NCBI GenBank assembly: GCA_046091905.1 | Contig: JBJTCN010000076.1 | Span: 2,597 to 66,596 of the forward strand | Direction: 5' to 3' | From: Candidatus Nanopelagicaceae bacterium | Lineage (GTDB): Bacteria; Actinomycetota; Actinomycetes; Nanopelagicales; Nanopelagicaceae | Length of the DNA: 64,000 bases | Shown: piece after piece, positions 58,424-64,000 of the stretch | Numbering within the stretch: position 1 is the first letter of the stretch | How the letters are laid out: each line of letters starts with the position of its first letter | The notes under the pieces: generated by a model | The model's database searches: none | Told to the model about the DNA's origin: nothing | What the model saw: only the letters and a program-made list of their open reading frames with translations | Made by a program: the position numbers and the translations under genes

Positions 58424-59119
58424 ATGGTCACGGATAAAGGCAGTAAAGGTAACGAGGTAGCGCCTTCTCGCAAAAAGGTTGCAAAGAGCGTTCTTGAAGC
58501 GCTGCCTGTAGTCTTGGGGCAAATGGCATCCAAAGAGTTGGTCAAAGAGACCCCAGCAGATCGTAATTCGCGTTTCGAACGCGATGCGATGCAATTTGCC
58601 GACCAACTTTATGCAGCAGCAATGCGCTACACAAAAAACCCAGAAGATGCCAAAGATTTAATGCAGGATACTTACTTAAAGGCCTTCGCTTCTTTTCATC
58701 AATTTGAAGAGGGCACAAATTTAAAGGCTTGGTTATACCGAGTTCTGCAGACAACTTTTATTAATAACTATCGCAAAGCGCAGCGCCAACCTCAATTATC
58801 TGCAGATGCTGAAGTTGAAGATTGGCAGTTACATGCTGCGGCATCGCATACTTCCAACCAGGGTAAATCTGCGGAAATTTCAGCGCTAGAAAATTTGCCA
58901 GATTCAGATATCAAACGCGCGCTGCAAGAAATTCCGGAAGAGTTTCGAATGGCGGTTTATTTAGCGGATGTTGAAGGATTTTCTTACAAGGAAATCGCAA
59001 AGATCGTTGGAGTTCCAGCCGGAACCGTCATGTCCCGACTTCACCGTGGCCGCAAGCAACTTCGCGAGAAGCTAACTGGCTATGCAACTGAACTTGGCTA
59101 TGTGAAGGGCGGTGAATGA
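58424..59119 (+). CDS. sigH: ECF sigma factor SigH/SigR (long form; a shorter form could start at Met35, 58526)
   Basis: [47 protein letters not shown] and [14 protein letters not shown] are colinear with SigH. Confidence 0.9.
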   Translation: MVTDKGSKGNEVAPSRKKVAKSVLEALPVVLGQMASKELVKETPADRNSRFERDAMQFADQLYAAAMRYTKNPEDAKDLMQDTYLKAFASFHQFEEGTNLKAWLYRVLQTTFINNYRKAQRQPQLSADAEVEDWQLHAAASHTSNQGKSAEISALENLPDSDIKRALQEIPEEFRMAVYLADVEGFSYKEIAKIVGVPAGTVMSRLHRGRKQLREKLTGYATELGYVKGGE

Positions 59120-59523
59120 TGGCGCACGATGTAGAGATGCCTTGCACCCAAGTTAAGCAAGCACTTTTATTGCTAGTCGATGGCCCAGAATTCTTCGAAG
59201 CCAATCAGATTGATCCAATCTCAGTAGATCGCCATTTGGCCGCTTGCACACCTTGTAAATTGGAAGTGGAAGCCGAAAAGATGGTCCACCAATTGATGCG
59301 TTCGCTCTTGAAGCGCTCTTGCAACGAAAAGGCCCCCGAATCTCTCATTGATTCTATTCATCAGCAATTGCAAGCTGCGATGTTCCAGCAATCTGTGCCG
59401 CAAGTTGTTACCGAATTTCGAATGAGCCAAGTCTCAATTGAGATCGATGAATTTGGCCAAGTAACACAACGCGAAATTCATATTGAATCTACCCAAGAAT
59501 TCCACGATCCAGAGAATATTTAA
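59116..59523 (+). CDS. rshA: Zinc-binding anti-sigma factor (ZAS; RshA/RsrA-like)
   Basis: Cys10 plus HLAACTPC (HxxxCxxC). 4-nt overlap with sigH. Confidence 0.8.
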   Translation: MMAHDVEMPCTQVKQALLLLVDGPEFFEANQIDPISVDRHLAACTPCKLEVEAEKMVHQLMRSLLKRSCNEKAPESLIDSIHQQLQAAMFQQSVPQVVTEFRMSQVSIEIDEFGQVTQREIHIESTQEFHDPENI

Positions 59524-59537
59524 GTTATAAATGGGGC

Positions 59538-59966
59538 GTGAGTACCGCCCAGATCAATGGGATGCCCGAAGGCATTGTTGGCGCGCTCGGTTTTGCCACC
59601 ATGGTGGTGCGCCCCGGAGATACGGCGGCAGCAAATGGAATTGGCGATTTAACTGTCGTAAATAATGCAGCCCTAGTTTCACTTATGGAATCAGCGGCCA
59701 TTGCTGCAATTAATGAATTTTTCGAAACTGGAATTTCAACTATCTCTACTTCAATGAATTGTAACTTTGTAACGAGCGCTGCAATTGGCGCAGAACTTCA
59801 AGCAAGCGCACAATGCATCGCGCAAAATGGCTATGACATGGATTTTAATATTGAAATTTATGAAGGCGAACGTTTAGTTGCCCAATCGACACAACGTCGA
59901 CAGATAGTCGATCGCGTAACTTTTCTAGCCCGCACTGCTGCGCAGAGTCTCTTCGAAGCGAAGTAA
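59538..59966 (+). CDS. Hotdog-fold thioesterase-like protein
   Basis: The pattern GDLTVVNNAALVSLMESAAI resembles COG5496-type thioesterases. GTG start. The assignment is weak. Confidence 0.4.
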   Translation: MSTAQINGMPEGIVGALGFATMVVRPGDTAAANGIGDLTVVNNAALVSLMESAAIAAINEFFETGISTISTSMNCNFVTSAAIGAELQASAQCIAQNGYDMDFNIEIYEGERLVAQSTQRRQIVDRVTFLARTAAQSLFEAK

Positions 59967-59977
59967 CTAGCTAAATA

Positions 59978-60009
59978 AAAAGGACCCCATCTTTCGATGA
60001 GGTCCTTTT
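59978..60009. terminator. Bidirectional intrinsic terminator between convergent genes
   Basis: AAAAGGACCCCATC-TTTC-GATGAGGTCCTTTT, 13/14 bp paired, with an A-tract and a T-tract on either side. Confidence 0.75.
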
Positions 60010-60019
60010 AAAAAGAGTT

Positions 60020-60394
60020 TTATTTCTTGGTAGCCCAGAAAATTTCTGCGATTTCGTCAATCTTTGCGATCAACTTATCTGCAACTGCAACATCCTGAGT
60101 GCCCTTAGTTCCAGTAGCGCCAGCAAGCTTGGTGGCTTCATTAAATAGCGCATGTAGTTGTGGGTAGGCTTCAAAGTGATTTGGCTTGAAGTAATCAGTC
60201 CAGAGCACCCATAGGTGTTCCTTAACTTGGTGTGAACGCTCTTCCTTAATTGCAACTGAGCGCGCTTTGAAATCTGCATCGCTTGAAGCGGCGTACTTCT
60301 CCATGCAAGCCTTTACAGAAAGTGCTTCGATACGAGCCTGCGCTGGGTCATAAACGCCGCAAGGTAGATCGCAGTGAGCCTTAACAATCTTCAT
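60020..60394 (-). CDS. sodN: Nickel superoxide dismutase precursor
   Basis: HCDLPCGVYDPA nickel hook directly after a short propeptide MKIVKA. The ATG at 60392-60394 is preceded by GGAGAGAGAA. Confidence 0.9.
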   Translation of the reverse strand: MKIVKAHCDLPCGVYDPAQARIEALSVKACMEKYAASSDADFKARSVAIKEERSHQVKEHLWVLWTDYFKPNHFEAYPQLHALFNEATKLAGATGTKGTQDVAVADKLIAKIDEIAEIFWATKK

Positions 60395-60540
60395 TTCTCT
60401 CTCCAATTCGATTCAATTTACTACTTCTTTTACTTCTTCTATTACTACTTGAATTACAACTAGTTTTACTGCTTTTTTCATTTGAAAATCTCTAAAGCTT
60501 TAAACGCTCTGGTTAGGCGAGTTATTTCCGAACCAAGTAC

Positions 60541-60900
60541 TTGGCGCTTAGGCTTAGGTTGGAAAGGTTACTCGGGGAGTTAATTTTGCGCATCTTTGGC
60601 TTTGAAATCGTCCAAGTCCAGGGCAATTCAATGCTTCCTGCCTACGCCGATGGTGACCGAATTTTGATTAAACACCGAAGCTCTGATTTGCAGCCGATTC
60701 ATCAAGGGGAAGTTGTGATGATTGAACGTGAAGGCGAATTGATGTTGAAGCGCATCATTCGATATGAAATCGGTGGCCACACTGGCCAAGGAATGGTTAC
60801 CGTTGAAGGTGATAACAAAGAGGAGTCGATTGATTCAAGACATTGGGGCGCAGTGCCAAGTAGGTTTGTAAAAGCGAGAGTAATTAAAAAGCTAACTTAA
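60541..60900 (+). CDS. sodX: S26-family NiSOD maturation protease SodX
   Basis: VQGNSMLP and GDNKEESIDSRHWG motifs. Divergent from sodN. Confidence 0.8.
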   Translation: MALRLRLERLLGELILRIFGFEIVQVQGNSMLPAYADGDRILIKHRSSDLQPIHQGEVVMIEREGELMLKRIIRYEIGGHTGQGMVTVEGDNKEESIDSRHWGAVPSRFVKARVIKKLT

Positions 60901-60948
60901 ATTACAGAAACTTTAGTGCCGAATAAAACCTGACCCGACGAAAACAAC

Positions 60949-63900
60949 TTAACGTGTAAACGCTTCCTGCATTAGAGCTTTCTGCTCATCTTCATGCAGG
61001 TGATGATTTCCAGTTGCCGGTGATGCAGTTGCGCGGCGCGATACTCGACGAAGTGCACGGCCACCAAATCCTGGACCACCAAATTGTTCTGAAGTACGTA
61101 GCGCAATAAATGACCATGGACCTTGGTTTGCTGGTTCATCTTGCACCCAAAGTAAATTCGCATTTGGATGCTTTGCCGCAATCTCTGCCATGTCTCTTGC
61201 CGGAAGTGGATAGAGCAGCTCTACGCGAACAATCGCAGTCGAGGTCTCTTGTAACTTCTCGCGCTCTGTAATTAAATCGTAGTAGACGCGACCAGAGCAG
61301 AAGATTACGCGAGATGCATTTACAACTGATGGATCATCAATAACTTTTTGGAAGCTACCATTTGTAAAGTCTTCAACTTTTGAAGTTGCAGCCTTTAGAC
61401 GAAGTAGCGATTTAGGCGAGAAATAAACCATTGGACGCTTTGCTGGATTCTTGATGTGCCAACGCATTACATGGAAGAACTGCGCTGGAGTAGTTGGTTG
61501 CACGATGGTCATATTCTGTTCTGCGCAAAGCTGTAAGTAACGTTCGATACGCGCTGAAGAGTGATCCGGGCCTTGACCTTCATAACCATGTGGCAGCGCC
61601 AAAACTACAGAGGAGCGCTCACCCCACTTCTGCAGCGCAGAAGAGACAAATTCATCGATGATGGTTTGAGCACCGTTAGCGAAATCGCCGAATTGGCCTT
61701 CCCAAATAACTAACGCCTCTGGGCGAATTGTTGAGTAGCCATACTCAAAGCCCATTGCTGCATATTCAGAGAGCAATGAATCCACTACGAAGAATTGTGA
61801 ATCATAATTTGTTAGCGCACGAAGCGGCGTCCACTCATTTCCGTTTTCGCGATCAATTACAACTGCATGGCGATGGCTAAATGTGCCACGACGTGCATCT
61901 TGACCTGCAATACGTACTGGATGCCCATCAATTAACAAAGATCCATAAGTAAGGATTTCGCCCATACCCCAATCAATAGTGCCATCTTTAATCATCTCAA
62001 CACGTTTTTGTAGCTGTGGCAATAACTTTTGATGAACTGTAAATCCTTCCGGAATCGCAATTTGAGTTTCTGCAATCTTTTCAATTACCAACTTGCTAAC
62101 CGCAGTGGCATTATCTTGTGGCTCTGCAGTCGATGGGATCTTCCATTCTGGAGATTCAGGTTCAACGTTATGCACTGCAGCATAAATAGATTCAAGTTCT
62201 GCATGGAACTCTTTTGAAATCTGATCGTTTTCGTCAGCCGTGATATCGCCGCGACCTACGAGCGCCTCTGCATAAAGTGCACGAGTGGTGCGCTTTGCGT
62301 CAATTAACTTATACATCTGTGGTTGAGTGAAACTTGGCTCGTCACCTTCATTATGGCCACGACGGCGGTAGCAAACTAAATCAATCACGACATCTTTATT
62401 GAATGTTTGGCGATATTCAAAGGCCCAACGCGCAACGCGAACGCAAGCTTCAGGATCATCACCATTTACATGAAAGACCGGCGCATTAATCATCTTGGCA
62501 ATATCAGTTGAATAACGCGCAGAGCGAGAAGCATGTGGTGAGGTAGTAAAACCAACTTGGTTATTAACCACGATATGAACGGTGCCTCCAGTGCGATAAC
62601 CACTTAACTGGCCCATCTGCAAGGTTTCCATATTTACGCCTTGACCAGCAAAAGAGGCATCTCCGTGTAGCAAAATTGGCATCACGTTATATGCATTCTT
62701 CACATTTAGCTTGTCCTGCTTTGCGCGAACAATGCCTTCGAGTACTGGGTTAACTGCTTCTAAATGTGAAGGGTTTGCTGCTAAATAAATCTTGGTCGTT
62801 GCACCATTTGCAGCGGTGAACACACCTTCGGTACCTAAGTGATACTTAACATCGCCAGAACCTTGAACTTGATTCTCTTGGTAATGGCCTTCGAACTCTT
62901 GGAAAATCTGGCCATGTGGTTTGCCAGCGATATTTGCCAGAACATTTAAACGACCACGGTGTGGCATACCGATGCAAACTTCTTCAAGTTTTTGATCAGC
63001 CGCATTGCCGATTAACGCATCCAACAGGGGAATTACCGCTTCGCCACCTTCAAGTGAGAAGCGCTTCTGTCCCACGAATTTTGTTTGCAAGAAAGTTTCA
63101 AATGCTTCAGCGCTATTTAATTTGCGCAATACATGAATCTGTTCTTCTTTAGGTAACTTCGGCGCGCCAACTTCTACCATTTTCTGAATAAAGTTGCGTT
63201 CAACCGGATCGTCAATAAACATGTATTCAATACCGATGGTGCGGCAATATGAGTTGCGCAAAATTCCCAAAATATCGCGCAGCTTCATGAAATCTTTGCC
63301 GCCAAAACCTGCGGTAGGGAAGGTGCGATCCAAATCCCATAGTGATAATCCATGTGATTCCACATCAAGATCTGGATGTGAACGCATCACGAATTCAAGT
63401 GGATCAACATCAGCCATCAAGTGACCGCTCACGCGATATGCATTAATTAGTTCAAGAACGCGCTCTGATTTTGCAACTAAATCTTCTTCCGGCGCGACAT
63501 CAGTTGCCCAACGAATTGGAACATAAGGAATACGTAGCGCGCTAAATACAGAGTCATAGAAGGCATCAGATAACAACAATTCGTGAATGCGCTTTAGGAA
63601 ATCTCCAGAAGTTGCACCTTGAATAATGCGGTGATCGTAGGTAGAGGTAAGTGTTACAACCTTGCTAATACCGAGCTTGTTTAAAGTCTCTTCACTTGAT
63701 CCCTGGAATTCTGCTGGGTAATCCATTGCGCCAACACCAAGAATCAAACCTTGGCCTTGCACCAAGCGTGGGACTGAGTGAACAGTTCCGATGGTTCCAG
63801 GGTTGGTTAACGAAACAGTTGTGCCTGCGAAATCTTCAACAGTCAGTGCACCATTTCTCGCCTTCTTCACTGTTGCTTCATAAGCTGCCCAGAACTGACC

Positions 63901-64000
63901 GAAATCCATTGCTTCGCAGCCCTTAATTGATGGCACTAGCAACTGACGTGAGCCATCATCTTTTGCTAAATCAATTGCGATACCCAAATTGATATGTTCT
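60949..64000 (-). CDS. kgd: Multifunctional 2-oxoglutarate dehydrogenase/decarboxylase E1 (Kgd/OdhA type with a fused E2-like acyltransferase domain); N-terminus lies outside the window
   Basis: E2-like segment ending in STYDHRIIQGA, followed by the SucA E1 domains. The frame is open to the window edge. Confidence 0.9.
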   Translation of the reverse strand, partial: EHINLGIAIDLAKDDGSRQLLVPSIKGCEAMDFGQFWAAYEATVKKARNGALTVEDFAGTTVSLTNPGTIGTVHSVPRLVQGQGLILGVGAMDYPAEFQGSSEETLNKLGISKVVTLTSTYDHRIIQGATSGDFLKRIHELLLSDAFYDSVFSALRIPYVPIRWATDVAPEEDLVAKSERVLELINAYRVSGHLMADVDPLEFVMRSHPDLDVESHGLSLWDLDRTFPTAGFGGKDFMKLRDILGILRNSYCRTIGIEYMFIDDPVERNFIQKMVEVGAPKLPKEEQIHVLRKLNSAEAFETFLQTKFVGQKRFSLEGGEAVIPLLDALIGNAADQKLEEVCIGMPHRGRLNVLANIAGKPHGQIFQEFEGHYQENQVQGSGDVKYHLGTEGVFTAANGATTKIYLAANPSHLEAVNPVLEGIVRAKQDKLNVKNAYNVMPILLHGDASFAGQGVNMETLQMGQLSGYRTGGTVHIVVNNQVGFTTSPHASRSARYSTDIAKMINAPVFHVNGDDPEACVRVARWAFEYRQTFNKDVVIDLVCYRRRGHNEGDEPSFTQPQMYKLIDAKRTTRALYAEALVGRGDITADENDQISKEFHAELESIYAAVHNVEPESPEWKIPSTAEPQDNATAVSKLVIEKIAETQIAIPEGFTVHQKLLPQLQKRVEMIKDGTIDWGMGEILTYGSLLIDGHPVRIAGQDARRGTFSHRHAVVIDRENGNEWTPLRALTNYDSQFFVVDSLLSEYAAMGFEYGYSTIRPEALVIWEGQFGDFANGAQTIIDEFVSSALQKWGERSSVVLALPHGYEGQGPDHSSARIERYLQLCAEQNMTIVQPTTPAQFFHVMRWHIKNPAKRPMVYFSPKSLLRLKAATSKVEDFTNGSFQKVIDDPSVVNASRVIFCSGRVYYDLITEREKLQETSTAIVRVELLYPLPARDMAEIAAKHPNANLLWVQDEPANQGPWSFIALRTSEQFGGPGFGGRALRRVSRRATASPATGNHHLHEDEQKALMQEAFTR

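Overview
This is a very compact chromosomal segment: more than 90% is coding, and many neighbouring genes overlap by 1-10 nt. GC content looks low by eye. Gene order is clearly actinobacterial, matching Mycobacterium-type synteny: mshA-gpmA / phoU / senX3-regX3, carD-ispD...ispF-cysS-rlmB, aroA-rsgA and sigH-rshA. Other lineage markers are murT-gatD, Ni-SOD with its SodX protease, and a Kgd/OdhA-type 2-oxoglutarate dehydrogenase. The compactness and low GC suggest a streamlined freshwater lineage such as Nanopelagicales, but that is inference only. No transposases, integrases, CRISPR arrays or rRNA genes were seen.

Main content, in order:
- Respiratory nitrate reductase narGHJI (narI truncated at the window edge), two NarK transporters, and a DosR-like palindrome in the divergent promoter.
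- A Fur-family regulator, YgfZ, nitrobindin, an asparaginase, and an 863-aa secreted HExxHxxGxxH protein wedged in front of mshA.
- The phosphate two-component system.
- The most unusual part (20.4-31.3 kb): the conserved carD-ispD-ispF-cysS MEP-pathway operon is split by a ~9.3 kb block on the opposite strand. The block encodes Aco-type E1 alpha/beta, a lipoyl-E2 with eroded catalytic motifs, SorC and GutM regulators, a complete glucitol-family PTS with a split and reordered EIIBC, a COG4091/SAF (DRL-family) oxidoreductase where sorbitol-6-P dehydrogenase would be expected, an intact IspD and a zinc-ribbon protein. The ispD-like ORF at the ancestral position is degenerate. HPr is joined to ispF.
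- I propose, as inference, that this is an undescribed polyol module acting on methylerythritol / deoxyxylulose-phosphate (salvage or catabolism).
- The rest is housekeeping plus redox and light-stress genes: a VKOR / FeS-photolyase / hydrolase / TspO operon, Ndh, a DCC protein, a Cu-ATPase, SigH-RshA with a GGAAT-N18-GTT promoter, and NiSOD.
- Two tRNAs (Thr-UGU and initiator Met) and one unusually long structured intergenic region.
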